A stretch of 64,000 nucleotides of DNA from a virus (IMGVR_UViG_3300007171_000061:14357-78356), one strand, 5' to 3'. Counted from the first letter of the stretch, positions 9,539 to 18,910 are shown. A program made the numbers and translations. The notes: generated by a model from the sequence alone, not told the origin.

Positions 9539-9760
9539 ATGATAAACGCTGAAATACTTGAGATTCACCGAATTAGTAAAGCTTTTCAAGCTACAGAACT
9601 TGGTGCTTTGTTCAATAAGTTTACTCGGTTACATGCTCGTGCTTGGCAACTGGATAGTACTGATTATCATCGTTCACAAGATAAGGCATGGAAAGAATTA
9701 GAACCAGTTGAAAAAGAACTACGTGCTAAACTCATGGAAATTGCAGGAGTTAAAGTATGA
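9539..9760 (+). CDS. hypothetical protein
   Basis: ORF track; operon packing. Confidence 0.6.
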   Translation: MINAEILEIHRISKAFQATELGALFNKFTRLHARAWQLDSTDYHRSQDKAWKELEPVEKELRAKLMEIAGVKV

Positions 9761-9942
9761 AGTATTATCCGATTAAAACACCAAACGATGACCCGTACAT
9801 TACTATAGTTGACAATGAAGATAATACATTTTGTTTTAAAATTGATAGATACAAAAATGTACTTGTGTGGTGCGATAAACGAGCAATACCTGATATGATT
9901 AGAATTTTACAGGAGATAAATATATATGCGAATTTTCACTAG
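9757..9942 (+). CDS. hypothetical protein
   Basis: ORF track; overlaps both neighbours. Confidence 0.55.
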   Translation: MKYYPIKTPNDDPYITIVDNEDNTFCFKIDRYKNVLVWCDKRAIPDMIRILQEINIYANFH

Positions 9943-10495
9943 TGATCTACATCATGAACACAAACGAATTGTAGAATTTACAAATCGAGGTGTAGACACA
10001 ACACAAGAAAATCATACTGACTGGTTGATAAGTCTGTGGAATGAAAATGTAAACCCCGGTGATCTTGTATATCACTTGGGAGATTTTTCATTTGCTAAGA
10101 ACTATGATAGCATTGCTTCATTTACCGAAAAATTAAATGGTCAAAAGATTTTTATTAAAGGTAATCATGATAGGCGTGAAAACTTAGATCAACTTGTAAA
10201 AGATAATTTGATTTCAGCATGGTATGACTATAAGGAAATTAAGATTGTAGACAAGTATGTTATACTATTTCACTTTCCTATTTCAAGCTGGCATCGTCAA
10301 GGTTACGGTGCATTGCATCTTCATGGTCATTGTCATGGAAATCACAAAGATAATAAAGGTAAAATGCTTGACGTAGGTTTAGATTCCGCATATAATATCT
10401 TTAAAGAACACTGTTTCTTTACTGAGTATGATATTGAAGAGTTAACAAAATCGAAAGAAACATACATTTCTGATCACCACAAAGAAAGGCTATAA
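9926..10495 (+). CDS. calcineurin-like metallophosphoesterase
   Basis: SDLH, GD, KGNHD, HFP, HGHCH. Confidence 0.9.
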   Translation: MRIFTSDLHHEHKRIVEFTNRGVDTTQENHTDWLISLWNENVNPGDLVYHLGDFSFAKNYDSIASFTEKLNGQKIFIKGNHDRRENLDQLVKDNLISAWYDYKEIKIVDKYVILFHFPISSWHRQGYGALHLHGHCHGNHKDNKGKMLDVGLDSAYNIFKEHCFFTEYDIEELTKSKETYISDHHKERL

Positions 10496-11167
10496 ATGCA
10501 CAAAATCGAAGATTACACCACCGCAAAGCTAATTGCTTACTCACAAGCTACCGAAGAGTTTAAAGGGCAATTTAAGACGATTAAAGACCTTGTGGCCTAC
10601 TGCGCTAGGGTATCTAACCCAAGCAATCAACTCAATATGGAAACTTCAGATAAGTTGATTAGTTATCTATTAAAGCACAAGCACTTTAGTCCCTTTGAAA
10701 TGGCAAGTGCAACTATTGAGATTGAAACAACTCGTGATATTGCACGACAGCTATTACGTCACCGTAGTTTTACATTTCAGGAGTTTAGCCAACGCTATGC
10801 AGACCCCACGAAGGACTTGACGTTTGTAACTCGTGAAGCACGACTGCAAGACCCCAAAAATCGTCAGAACTCTGTTATTACTGAGAATCTAGCATTGCAA
10901 TCGCTATGGGAGAACTACCAGAATAAAGTAATCGAAACTGCACAAAATGCTTATGCTTTCGCTATTGCCAATGGTATCGCTAAAGAGCAAGCTCGTGCTG
11001 TTCTACCAGAGGGTTGCACTATGTCTCGTTTGTACGTACAAGGAACAATTCGCAGCTTCATTCACTACATTGAAGTGCGTAAGGCTAACGGTACTCAGCT
11101 AGAACATATTGTACTGGCGCAGAAAGTAGCACAAGCTATTTCACAGGTATTTAAGCATGATTTCTGA
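10496..11167 (+). CDS. thyX: flavin-dependent thymidylate synthase
   Basis: CARVS, HFSPFE, RHRSFTFQEFSQRY signature, EQARAVLP. Confidence 0.95.
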   Translation: MHKIEDYTTAKLIAYSQATEEFKGQFKTIKDLVAYCARVSNPSNQLNMETSDKLISYLLKHKHFSPFEMASATIEIETTRDIARQLLRHRSFTFQEFSQRYADPTKDLTFVTREARLQDPKNRQNSVITENLALQSLWENYQNKVIETAQNAYAFAIANGIAKEQARAVLPEGCTMSRLYVQGTIRSFIHYIEVRKANGTQLEHIVLAQKVAQAISQVFKHDF

Positions 11168-11408
11168 TATTGATGTAAAAGACTGGGTGATGCTCACAGA
11201 ACCTTTAAAACTTGAGCAGTTAAAAGAAGGTGACATATTCAGTTTATTTGGTGACAGTCGCATGTACAAAGTCCAGCATGTTCTACTGGACATTGCATAC
11301 GCTGAAACTGCAGAAATTTGGAACGCATTGGTATTTCCTAGAACTTTGGAGGTATTCCCTTGGGTGATAAACAAAAACGTAAATCAAAGCAGTACAAACA
11401 ACTGCTGA
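11157..11408 (+). CDS. hypothetical protein
   Basis: ORF track. Confidence 0.55.
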   Translation: MISDIDVKDWVMLTEPLKLEQLKEGDIFSLFGDSRMYKVQHVLLDIAYAETAEIWNALVFPRTLEVFPWVINKNVNQSSTNNC

Positions 11409-11686
11409 AAATGACAGCACAATCTTCAGGTTACTATGAATATGAAGTAGAAGATGTAGTTAGGCATCTAATAGGTAATATTCAAGTATTACTTGCCGAA
11501 GGTACAGATGTAAAGCTTCGTGGTCTTGGTACGATGCGTGTAAAAAAGATGCATGTATCCCGTATGTTTTCTACAGAAGGTGAAAAAGTGTGGTACACTG
11601 CTTATAGATTGTCAGTTGCATCTGATACTCTTTTACAGCAACATCTAAAGGAACATTATGCAGAACCAACAGAACCCGACCAATGA
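11360..11686 (+). CDS. HU/IHF-like DNA-binding protein
   Basis: VVRHL...LAEGTDVKLRGLGTMRVK; GGAGG RBS before TTG. Confidence 0.75.
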   Translation: MGDKQKRKSKQYKQLLKMTAQSSGYYEYEVEDVVRHLIGNIQVLLAEGTDVKLRGLGTMRVKKMHVSRMFSTEGEKVWYTAYRLSVASDTLLQQHLKEHYAEPTEPDQ

Positions 11687-11810
11687 TGCTTGGCCTTTCG
11701 CTTTCGTCAATGGTGAAAGAACACAAGCATCAGAAGAACTCATGGATTCCAAACAGTACAACACCAAAGATGTATTTTCTACAGATGACTACGAAGAGGC
11801 AATGTTTTGA
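11658..11810 (+). CDS. small hypothetical protein (50 aa)
   Basis: MQNQQNPTNDAWPF...; AAGGA RBS; read manually. Confidence 0.5.
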   Translation: MQNQQNPTNDAWPFAFVNGERTQASEELMDSKQYNTKDVFSTDDYEEAMF

Positions 11811-12256
11811 GTGAAGCAATTAAGAACTTTCGATTAATTAGTATTGACAAAATTCTTACTAATAAAAAGCTTCCCAATTGGGTACTCAAGGCTGCTTTCG
11901 AGGTCAAGCACTCTGGATTTCTACCTGCTGGTGAGTACTTTGAAAAACTAGATGATGTTGAAGTCTACGAAATGGCAAGTGCTTTAGAGTACATTCATAC
12001 TGCTAACTTTCAGCAATTCAATGTACTATCTCAGCAAGCAGAAGAAGATTTGCAGAGTTTATCTTTGTTGTGCTTTATCTTGGCTTTAGGCGAAGGTGAA
12101 ATAGAAGTTGATCATGAGAGTCTTTCTTCTATGCTACAATACTTGTTCTTGCTGGTGAGCATCGAAGGCTTGCACCGAGAAGGTAAAGTAGAAGTTATCC
12201 GTGAGCATTACAGTTTGTTTGGTGGTGATAAACCAGTCGTAAGAGAAAAGAGGTAA
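11807..12256 (+). CDS. hypothetical protein
   Basis: ORF track. Confidence 0.6.
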   Translation: MSEAIKNFRLISIDKILTNKKLPNWVLKAAFEVKHSGFLPAGEYFEKLDDVEVYEMASALEYIHTANFQQFNVLSQQAEEDLQSLSLLCFILALGEGEIEVDHESLSSMLQYLFLLVSIEGLHREGKVEVIREHYSLFGGDKPVVREKR

Positions 12257-12258
12257 AT

Positions 12259-12735
12259 ATGAAAGTAAATATTGGACGTTATCCAAAAGGTGATAAACAA
12301 CGCAAGATTAATATACAGATTGACCCTTGGGATACATGGAGCGCAGACCATACGCTGGCGCTGATTATTGTACCATTGCTGCAGAAAATGAAAGATGATA
12401 AACAAGGGTCACCTAATGTAGACGATGTTGATGTTCCTGAGCATCTGCGTAGTAATGCAGCACCAGCTAAAGCGAACGATTGGGATACCGATATCTATTG
12501 GCATCCACGATGGGAGTATGTGCTGAATGAAATGCTATGGGCTATGCAACAGATTGCTTCAAATAATGAAGATGATGAAAAATTCTATGATCATTCTGAA
12601 GTTGACGAATCTAAAGGTGTAATGGAGCAAATGAAGGCAGTCAAAATTGATATGGAAGGTTTGAGAGCACATCAAGCTCGTATTCAAAAAGGTTGCGAAC
12701 TGTTTGGTAAATATTTTCAAGCACTATGGAGTTAA
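12259..12735 (+). CDS. conserved phage hypothetical protein
   Basis: DTWS.D.TLA.II.P.L...W.YVL.EM.WA...G.ELFGKY pattern widespread in large phages. Confidence 0.7.
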   Translation: MKVNIGRYPKGDKQRKINIQIDPWDTWSADHTLALIIVPLLQKMKDDKQGSPNVDDVDVPEHLRSNAAPAKANDWDTDIYWHPRWEYVLNEMLWAMQQIASNNEDDEKFYDHSEVDESKGVMEQMKAVKIDMEGLRAHQARIQKGCELFGKYFQALWS

Positions 12736-12737
12736 AT

Positions 12738-12986
12738 ATGCATAAAACATTTGAAGAATTAGAACGATTGGCGTATATAAATAATCTAACTGGTATTGCT
12801 AAACTTTATGCTCAACTTGATGATAATGAACGTGATGAATATGAAATTGAAAAACTGAAAAGTGAAATTGATTATCTAGAAATGGATACCAATTATCATG
12901 AACGCAATTCTGAAGCTTTGGAGAGAAGAGTTGAAGAACTTGAAAATAAACTTGAAAAAATTGCAGCCATCATCACGTATGATTGA
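12738..12986 (+). CDS. hypothetical coiled-coil protein
   Basis: ORF track; GGAG RBS. Confidence 0.6.
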   Translation: MHKTFEELERLAYINNLTGIAKLYAQLDDNERDEYEIEKLKSEIDYLEMDTNYHERNSEALERRVEELENKLEKIAAIITYD

Positions 12987-13110
12987 AAAAAATTGATGTA
13001 CAATCGCTATACTCTGAGGGTGATCTGGAGTATGTTACAGAAGAGGACAGCTATCAGGTGTTGCAATCATTTGATGGTTGGCATGAATATAATTTTGAAA
13101 GGAACGAAGA

Positions 13111-13302
13111 ATGACAGAACAAGAATTTCGCCAACAACTAGACGCACTAGTAACTACAGCAATCCGTGAGATTGGTGCAGGTGCAGTCTATGGTCATCTA
13201 TCTACTGTAAAACAATTCACAGAAGTAGTATATGATAGCAATATCGTCAACTATCTGCAGAGTTTGCAAGTTAAAGCTGAAGAAAAAGGTAGTTTAAAAT
13301 GA
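13111..13302 (+). CDS. hypothetical protein
   Basis: AAAGGA RBS. Confidence 0.6.
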   Translation: MTEQEFRQQLDALVTTAIREIGAGAVYGHLSTVKQFTEVVYDSNIVNYLQSLQVKAEEKGSLK

Positions 13303-13469
13303 CGCTAGATGACTTCCATGTTGGTATTCAGCAGCTATTCTTTCAAGCAAATCAAGCAGGTTTAGATATTGGTGATATCTATCATGTGCTAGATGGTCAG
13401 AAGATTATCGCTGAAACAATTTTAAAATTATCAATTGAAAATGCTTACAAAGAAAGGTTTAGTTTATGA
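13299..13469 (+). CDS. small hypothetical protein (56 aa)
   Basis: ATGA overlap; read manually. Confidence 0.5.
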   Translation: MTLDDFHVGIQQLFFQANQAGLDIGDIYHVLDGQKIIAETILKLSIENAYKERFSL

Positions 13470-13597
13470 AATACGTAGTAAAATTTACAAATGGTTACTG
13501 GAAATGCTTTGATACTTATAAATATGAGGATGTTTCCATGCATGGACTTAAAAGTGATGCTGACAAAGCTTGTTTTCGGATGAACAATCAGCGTTAA
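13466..13597 (+). CDS. small hypothetical protein (43 aa)
   Basis: ATGA overlap; ends before a terminator. Confidence 0.45.
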   Translation: MKYVVKFTNGYWKCFDTYKYEDVSMHGLKSDADKACFRMNNQR

Positions 13598-13604
13598 GCA
13601 GCAA

Positions 13605-13634
13605 TACCCTAGTTCACTCTAGGGTTTTCTTTCG
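13605..13634 (+). terminator. rho-independent terminator
   Basis: CCCTAG/CTAGGG hairpin plus T-run. Confidence 0.7.
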
Positions 13635-13655
13635 TTTTACATCTAGGAGAATCAA

Positions 13656-13820
13656 ATGGAAAAAGATACAGAAGTTCTAATCATGCGGAATACTACAGTG
13701 AATCGTTTGTACGATCTGGTAGTGGTAAATTATTTTGAAGAAACTGTAGAATTCATCGTAAAGGGTGTACAATACGATCAAGCTGTAGCAATGATGCTAG
13801 AGCTTGAAGAAGCAAACTAA
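13656..13820 (+). CDS. small hypothetical protein (54 aa)
   Basis: AGGAG RBS; read manually. Confidence 0.5.
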   Translation: MEKDTEVLIMRNTTVNRLYDLVVVNYFEETVEFIVKGVQYDQAVAMMLELEEAN

Positions 13821-13835
13821 AGACAAGGAAAGATC

Positions 13836-13988
13836 ATGTCACAAGGTTCATTTTTGCAAAACAACAAACGCACTAAACGCAAGTTTGATGATGGAGGGTT
13901 TGAAGACGATTTGAAACCAACTAAGAAGCAAAAGAATAAAAAGGATTTTAGTAAGCAACGTGAGCAAAAGCGTGGAGAATTTGTATGA
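13836..13988 (+). CDS. small basic protein (50 aa)
   Basis: AAGGA RBS; K/R-rich; read manually. Confidence 0.5.
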   Translation: MSQGSFLQNNKRTKRKFDDGGFEDDLKPTKKQKNKKDFSKQREQKRGEFV

Positions 13989-14206
13989 ATACAATACTTA
14001 CAGAACTTGCCACGAAAGCTAAAGTTGAGCACTGCATTAGTCATGTTCGATTGCAAGCTTTCGCTGAGTTGATTGTCAGAGAAACCATTAATCAAATGTG
14101 CATTCAAATGCTAGAGCATGGAGATGATCAAAGTAACAATCCTGTGTTTTATAAGGCAATTGAAGCAACTGAAAAGCATCTTGGAGTAAACAATGCAACT
14201 AATTAA
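13985..14206 (+). CDS. hypothetical protein
   Basis: ORF track; GGAG RBS. Confidence 0.6.
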   Translation: MNTILTELATKAKVEHCISHVRLQAFAELIVRETINQMCIQMLEHGDDQSNNPVFYKAIEATEKHLGVNNATN

Positions 14207-14729
14207 ACGCTGGTTGACTTACCTTGCTATATTCTTTGTAGCAATATGGGTTGTAGATCAATACCGTGAGTACAATCAGCTAAAAGAACTTGAAGAAGTA
14301 CGCAGGGATTTGATTCGTCAAGAGAAGGAAGCTGATAAAAACTGCCTCAAGAATGCACTGTACTATGAAGCACGTAGTGAAGGTAAGCTTGGTATTCTTG
14401 CTGTAGCTTCTGTGATCGAAAACCGCAAGCAGCATCCAGCTTATCCTAGTAGCTACTGTGGTGTGATTCAACAGCATAAACAATTCAGCTACACGATGGA
14501 AGGTAGACCTGATGTAGAAGCTATAGAACAGCGTTTGAGGGCATCTGATAGAGCAGCATATGCACAGATATCAGAAGTAGCTGATAAGATGCTAGAAGGG
14601 CGATTTGAACCCCTGTTACCATCTAATGTATTGCACTACGCTACAGTAAAAATAAACAATGCTTGGACTAAAACAAAGAAAGTGTATGCTACAATTGGCA
14701 ACCATCGTTTTTATAAAGAAAAGAACTAA
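14193..14729 (+). CDS. SleB-like cell wall hydrolase (Hydrolase_2) with N-terminal TM anchor
   Basis: CLKNALYYEARSEG, VIENR, CGVIQQHKQFS, IGNHRFY. Confidence 0.9.
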   Translation: MQLIKRWLTYLAIFFVAIWVVDQYREYNQLKELEEVRRDLIRQEKEADKNCLKNALYYEARSEGKLGILAVASVIENRKQHPAYPSSYCGVIQQHKQFSYTMEGRPDVEAIEQRLRASDRAAYAQISEVADKMLEGRFEPLLPSNVLHYATVKINNAWTKTKKVYATIGNHRFYKEKN

Positions 14730-14879
14730 ATGTTTAGACTGATAGCAAAAGCACTTGGTGAAAAAAGTGGCAATACTGATGAAGAAGCTAACAAAATTGC
14801 TTGGATTCGCATAGTACTTATGCTACAAGCTATTGCTACAAACGCATTCATTGTTGCTGGTGTTCTGCACAAATGGTGA
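14730..14879 (+). CDS. small conserved phage membrane peptide (49 aa)
   Basis: AKALGEKSG..D.EA..IAWIR followed by a hydrophobic helix. Confidence 0.6.
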   Translation: MFRLIAKALGEKSGNTDEEANKIAWIRIVLMLQAIATNAFIVAGVLHKW

Positions 14880-14895
14880 GACAATAACCTTTATT

Positions 14896-14926
14896 TCCCT
14901 GTGGGTATATCCTACAGGGATTTTTT
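14896..14926 (+). terminator. rho-independent terminator
   Basis: TCCCTGTGGG/CCTACAGGGA hairpin plus T6. Confidence 0.75.
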
Positions 14927-14968
14927 GTTGTACAATCAAGGCTCACAAACCAACTGATGGAGTTTAAG

Positions 14969-15406
14969 ATGCAAAAGATTCAAGCTGTTACTCGTGGTGC
15001 TACTTCTGACGGTGAAACCCGTGATTGCACTGTTCGTGCTCTGAGCAATGCTTCTGGTATGCACTATGACAATGCACACGCTTTGCTTAAGAAACACGGT
15101 AGGAAAGATCGCCGTGGTGCTTTCTTCACTACAATGCTCAAGGCTTACACGGAAGCTGGCTTCGTTCTGGATGCTGTGCATGGTACAACAGTTTCTGCTC
15201 GTTGTGCTGCACGTATTGCTAAACGCCAAGCTCAAGATGGTGTTACACTGGCAAAGTTGCTTCCTAAGCTTGCTTTCGGTGAGTACATCGTGAACACCAC
15301 TGGTCATGCAGTTGCAGTTGTCAACGGTAAGATCATTGATACCTTCGATAACCCTGCAGGTAAGCGAGTGGTTGCCGTGTTTAAGAGACTGAATGAATTT
15401 GCATAA
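14969..15406 (+). CDS. conserved phage hypothetical protein
   Basis: DCTVRALSNASG...GHAVAVVNG..IDT pattern; GGAG RBS. Confidence 0.7.
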   Translation: MQKIQAVTRGATSDGETRDCTVRALSNASGMHYDNAHALLKKHGRKDRRGAFFTTMLKAYTEAGFVLDAVHGTTVSARCAARIAKRQAQDGVTLAKLLPKLAFGEYIVNTTGHAVAVVNGKIIDTFDNPAGKRVVAVFKRLNEFA

Positions 15407-15414
15407 GATAACAC

Positions 15415-15443
15415 TTGATTCTTCATCAAATATCTAATATAAT
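15415..15443 (+). promoter_or_regulatory. sigma70-like promoter for the HNH gene
   Basis: TTGATT-17-TATAAT. Confidence 0.65.
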
Positions 15444-15530
15444 TATAAATAGAATAGTTGAGGATTAATTACCCTCAATGACAAGCCTCGATTCATCACC
15501 GAGGTTTTCTTATTTATATTATGATGAATC

Positions 15531-16085
15531 TTGATGGAGATTAAAATGTATAAGAAGTGCAGTAAGTGCAAAAAGAGTAGATTGTATAGTCAATTTAGCA
15601 AGAACAGAAGTGCCAAAGATGGTCGCCAGAACCAATGTAAGATTTGTGTGAAGCATCGTATTGAAGCTAACAAAGAACAAATTGCTATAAAAAAGAAGCA
15701 ATATTATGAAGACAATAAAGAACAGCGATTGGACTATAGAAAGCAATACGCTGAATGCAATAAAGAACAAATTACTCAGTATCAAAAGCATTACAGAAAA
15801 CAATACTGTAAAACCAACTCTGCAAAGATAAATGCTCATGCTGCCAAACGTAGAGCTATTAAACTTCGAGCTACACCTCAATGGTTAACTAAAGAGCATT
15901 TTTTAGAAATTGAAGACTTATTTATCTGCGCTAAAATGTTCAGACTTTATACAGGTCAAGAATACCATGTCGATCATATAATACCACTAAAAGGTAAGAA
16001 TGTTTGCGGTTTACATGTACCGTGGAATTTACAAATTCTGGAAGCTTCGGAGAATATTCGCAAATCAAATAAACTGTTGCAATAA
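15531..16085 (+). CDS. HNH homing endonuclease with N-terminal CxxC Zn motif
   Basis: KKCSKCKK...CKIC; YHVDHIIPL...CGLHVPWNLQIL. Confidence 0.9.
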   Translation: MMEIKMYKKCSKCKKSRLYSQFSKNRSAKDGRQNQCKICVKHRIEANKEQIAIKKKQYYEDNKEQRLDYRKQYAECNKEQITQYQKHYRKQYCKTNSAKINAHAAKRRAIKLRATPQWLTKEHFLEIEDLFICAKMFRLYTGQEYHVDHIIPLKGKNVCGLHVPWNLQILEASENIRKSNKLLQ

Positions 16086-16093
16086 AACGACAA

Positions 16094-16126
16094 ACCCTAG
16101 GTAAACTCCTAGGGTATTTTTTTTTT
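16094..16126 (+). terminator. rho-independent terminator
   Basis: CCCTAGG/CCTAGGG hairpin plus long T-run. Confidence 0.75.
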
Positions 16127-16199
16127 TACCAACATGTGTTGCAACAGAAAAGTTGTGCTATAATACAGACTTCAACAACACAACTGAAAGGAACTTCAA

Positions 16200-16463
16200 A
16201 TGCAAAGCTCTAAAATTTTCGCCTCCATGATCGACAACTCCAATGGTAAGATGGTCACTGTGACTTTCATCAAACAAGATGGTAGCACACGAGTTCTTAA
16301 TGGTCGTTTGGGTGTAAAGAAGTATCTCAAGGGTGGTAAACCCAATGTCAATACCAATGAATACATCAGCATCTATGATGTGCAAAACAAAGGTTATCGT
16401 AGCATCAACCGCAATACAATCATTGGTTTGCGTATGCAAGGTATTGAAGCTGTTGCTGTTTGA
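16200..16463 (+). CDS. SH3/WYL-like beta-barrel phage protein
   Basis: VTFIKQDGSTRVLNGRL...YDVQNKGYRSI; own promoter and RBS. Confidence 0.65.
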   Translation: MQSSKIFASMIDNSNGKMVTVTFIKQDGSTRVLNGRLGVKKYLKGGKPNVNTNEYISIYDVQNKGYRSINRNTIIGLRMQGIEAVAV

Positions 16464-16474
16464 TTGGAGTTAGC

Positions 16475-16711
16475 ATGAAATTTGAACGCAATAAACATCT
16501 GTCAGTAACTGCACGTAAAGGACTCATTAAAGGTCTTACTAAGGTTGCTGAGTTGTATTTCAACGGTGAGTATGTCCAATATGTTGCACATCCTGATAAA
16601 GTAAACATTGGTTGTGGTATTTGTAAAGCATTGCATGATCTTCAGTTTTTTCATTCATATGATGCTATGCAAGAATTGATGCAAGAAACAAATGAATATT
16701 CATATGGTTAA
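16475..16711 (+). CDS. hypothetical protein
   Basis: GGAG RBS. Confidence 0.55.
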   Translation: MKFERNKHLSVTARKGLIKGLTKVAELYFNGEYVQYVAHPDKVNIGCGICKALHDLQFFHSYDAMQELMQETNEYSYG

Positions 16712-16803
16712 TATGTAGACACACCAAAAGATTGGGAATCAAGAGCTAATATGTGTTTATTTCTGGTAGAATATCTGAAGGATACAATCAAAAAGGAGAA
16801 AGC

Positions 16804-17145
16804 ATGAAAGAATATACAATCGCTGAAATCTTGCATTACGCTGCAGATAAGAAACTTGCCAGTAAAGAAGAGCAGTGCTGGAATCGTGGTGGAACTAAAG
16901 AGAAGTTCTCATGCTGTGCTGTAAGTCAAACTGTATGGGAACTTTGGAATAAAGATGAGATTGTATCCGAAGGTGAGCGTGATGAACTTATCAGTCGTTG
17001 CTCTGAGGGTTTGAAAGCTATGGGTTGCCCTACAGATTCAATGGATGCTTTCAATGATCGTGGTGAATTTAGTGTAAAAAATCAACAAGCTCGATACGCA
17101 TGGTTGAAATTTGCTGCTATAATTGCAGAGGAACAAGGTGTATGA
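16804..17145 (+). CDS. hypothetical protein
   Basis: AGGAG RBS before ATG 16804. Confidence 0.6.
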   Translation: MKEYTIAEILHYAADKKLASKEEQCWNRGGTKEKFSCCAVSQTVWELWNKDEIVSEGERDELISRCSEGLKAMGCPTDSMDAFNDRGEFSVKNQQARYAWLKFAAIIAEEQGV

Positions 17146-17267
17146 GTAGCAAACGTAAAAAGCTCAAGCAACGAAACTATCTGGTTGCTATTGTGATGCG
17201 TAAAGCTGTACGAAAGCACATTGATCGTAAACGCAAGGCTAAAAACAAAGGGTATGACAATGAATAG
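17142..17267 (+). CDS. small highly basic peptide (41 aa)
   Basis: MSSKRKKLKQRNYLV...; ATGA overlap; read manually. Confidence 0.5.
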   Translation: MSSKRKKLKQRNYLVAIVMRKAVRKHIDRKRKAKNKGYDNE

Positions 17268-17499
17268 AATCACCTACAATTCTTTCAACGGTAAGTTCTT
17301 CTATGAGATGACAAAGCCTGAGCTAGAGCATTGCATGGAAGTCATCAAGACTCAAATTGATGCTTACTCTGCAAGTATTTCAGGTATTTGTATCTCAGAT
17401 CAAGAACGTCAGCAAGAGCGTTGGAATGCATACCAGAATGCAAACTACAACTTAACCAAATTACTAGAAGGAGAAAATCATGGAATTAGTATTAGCTAA
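17260..17499 (+). CDS. hypothetical protein
   Basis: ORF track. Confidence 0.55.
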   Translation: MNRITYNSFNGKFFYEMTKPELEHCMEVIKTQIDAYSASISGICISDQERQQERWNAYQNANYNLTKLLEGENHGISIS

Positions 17500-17677
17500 A
17501 GAAAATGCAGATGGTAGTGCAGTATTTACCATTGATATGACACCAGAGGAAACACGAGCATTTGTATTGCTTGGGATTAAGACAGCGATTCTAGCGGGTA
17601 TTGAGGATGCTAAAGCTTGGGATGGTACTGCTGATCTTGAAGAGCTACAGCAAGAGAACCAAGGTCTATCTGATTGA
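17480..17677 (+). CDS. hypothetical protein
   Basis: AAGGAG RBS. Confidence 0.6.
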   Translation: MELVLAKENADGSAVFTIDMTPEETRAFVLLGIKTAILAGIEDAKAWDGTADLEELQQENQGLSD

Positions 17678-17749
17678 AATATTTGCTGTAGTTTGCGTTT
17701 GAAGTGATTTTCTCGTGTATAATTACTTCATCAACAACTGGAGAACTAT

Positions 17750-18001
17750 ATGAAATGCAACTACAACGCTGGCTCAAACTTTGATCGTCAGGGTCAATGG
17801 GTTATTGCTAAATACCTCGATAGCGCATGGGTTACTGGTATCGTGCAAGAAACTCGTGTAAAATACGGTGGTAAAGTGCAGCACAGTATCTTGAGTGATT
17901 CGCCTACATACATCGGTGAAGAGTTGCGTGAAGTTGGTTGTACTTTTCTAGTAGAAGAAGAATTTGTAACAGAGGCTCAAGCTTTAAATTTTGTGCTATA
18001 A
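17750..18001 (+). CDS. hypothetical protein
   Basis: Own TATAAT, CAACAAC leader and GGAG. Confidence 0.6.
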   Translation: MKCNYNAGSNFDRQGQWVIAKYLDSAWVTGIVQETRVKYGGKVQHSILSDSPTYIGEELREVGCTFLVEEEFVTEAQALNFVL

Positions 18002-18033
18002 TTGAATCCTCAACAACACAACAGGAGTTCCAA

Positions 18034-18255
18034 ATGATCACTAAATCAGACGCAATCAAAATCGTTAAAGCAATCGTTGCTGGTGCTAATCGTGAAAAAA
18101 ATCAATACGCTGAAGCTGGTGTACGTTTTCATGTAAACGGTGCATTGGTATATGCTTTGGATAACCTTTGGTACGATGTATTTAGTGCTAAACTGCGTGA
18201 AGCATTTGATTTTGATAGAGAAAATTTTTACAAAGTTGTGTGGGAATTGACGTAA
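18034..18255 (+). CDS. hypothetical protein
   Basis: Own TATAAT, CAACAAC leader and AGGAG. Confidence 0.6.
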   Translation: MITKSDAIKIVKAIVAGANREKNQYAEAGVRFHVNGALVYALDNLWYDVFSAKLREAFDFDRENFYKVVWELT

Positions 18256-18300
18256 ACTGCTGTATAATCTAGTCATCAGCAACAAACCAAGGAAACAATC

Positions 18301-18723
18301 ATGGCTTACGTTACAGAAGAAATCATCACTAAGGCTCGTACTGCTCTGAAAGCACTCAATAAAGAGTACGGTGTAAAAGCTACTCTGAGTGGCAAAGGAA
18401 GTAGCAGCTTGTGCTTGACTATTGCAGAAGGTAGTATTGACTTTATCGGTAATTACTGCTCTACTGTTAAGAATAAATGCATACTCCGTGATATTGATCA
18501 AACAATTACTTGGGTTCAACGTGAACAAAACGTAAGCGTTAACCAGTACTATCTTGACAGTTCATTCTCAGGTGTTGCTCTGGAGTATCTGGAGAAAGCC
18601 AAAGCTATCATGTATGCTGATCATTGGGACAAGTCAGATATAATGGCTGATTATTTTCACTGCGCATACTACGTTGATATGCGAGTTGGAAGTTATAAGA
18701 AAGGTTATAAATTGGTAAAATAA
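18301..18723 (+). CDS. conserved phage hypothetical protein
   Basis: MAYV...VNQYY...WDKSDIMADYFHCAYY..M.VG pattern. Confidence 0.7.
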   Translation: MAYVTEEIITKARTALKALNKEYGVKATLSGKGSSSLCLTIAEGSIDFIGNYCSTVKNKCILRDIDQTITWVQREQNVSVNQYYLDSSFSGVALEYLEKAKAIMYADHWDKSDIMADYFHCAYYVDMRVGSYKKGYKLVK

Positions 18724-18734
18724 GATGAAGTACT

Positions 18735-18761
18735 ACCCGAGATTAATTTCTCGGGTTTTTT
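18735..18761 (+). terminator. rho-independent terminator
   Basis: ACCCGAGA/TCTCGGGT hairpin plus T-run. Confidence 0.75.
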
Positions 18762-18815
18762 GCTTTAACTTTTACTTTTTGCTGGAAGATTAAATCGTAG
18801 AAATTTTGCTGCAAT

Positions 18816-18873
18816 TTTTTGCAAAAACCCGCTTTGGGTATTCTTTTTGAAAAAGCCGTTTTGGTAATTCTTT
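18816..18873. repeat. two imperfect ~29-bp direct repeats
   Basis: tttttgcaaaaacccgctttgggtattcttt and tttttgaaaaagccgttttggtaattcttt. Confidence 0.6.
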
Positions 18874-18910
18874 GAGCAAAGACCTAAACTTAATCCGCTG
18901 TGCGACCGAG

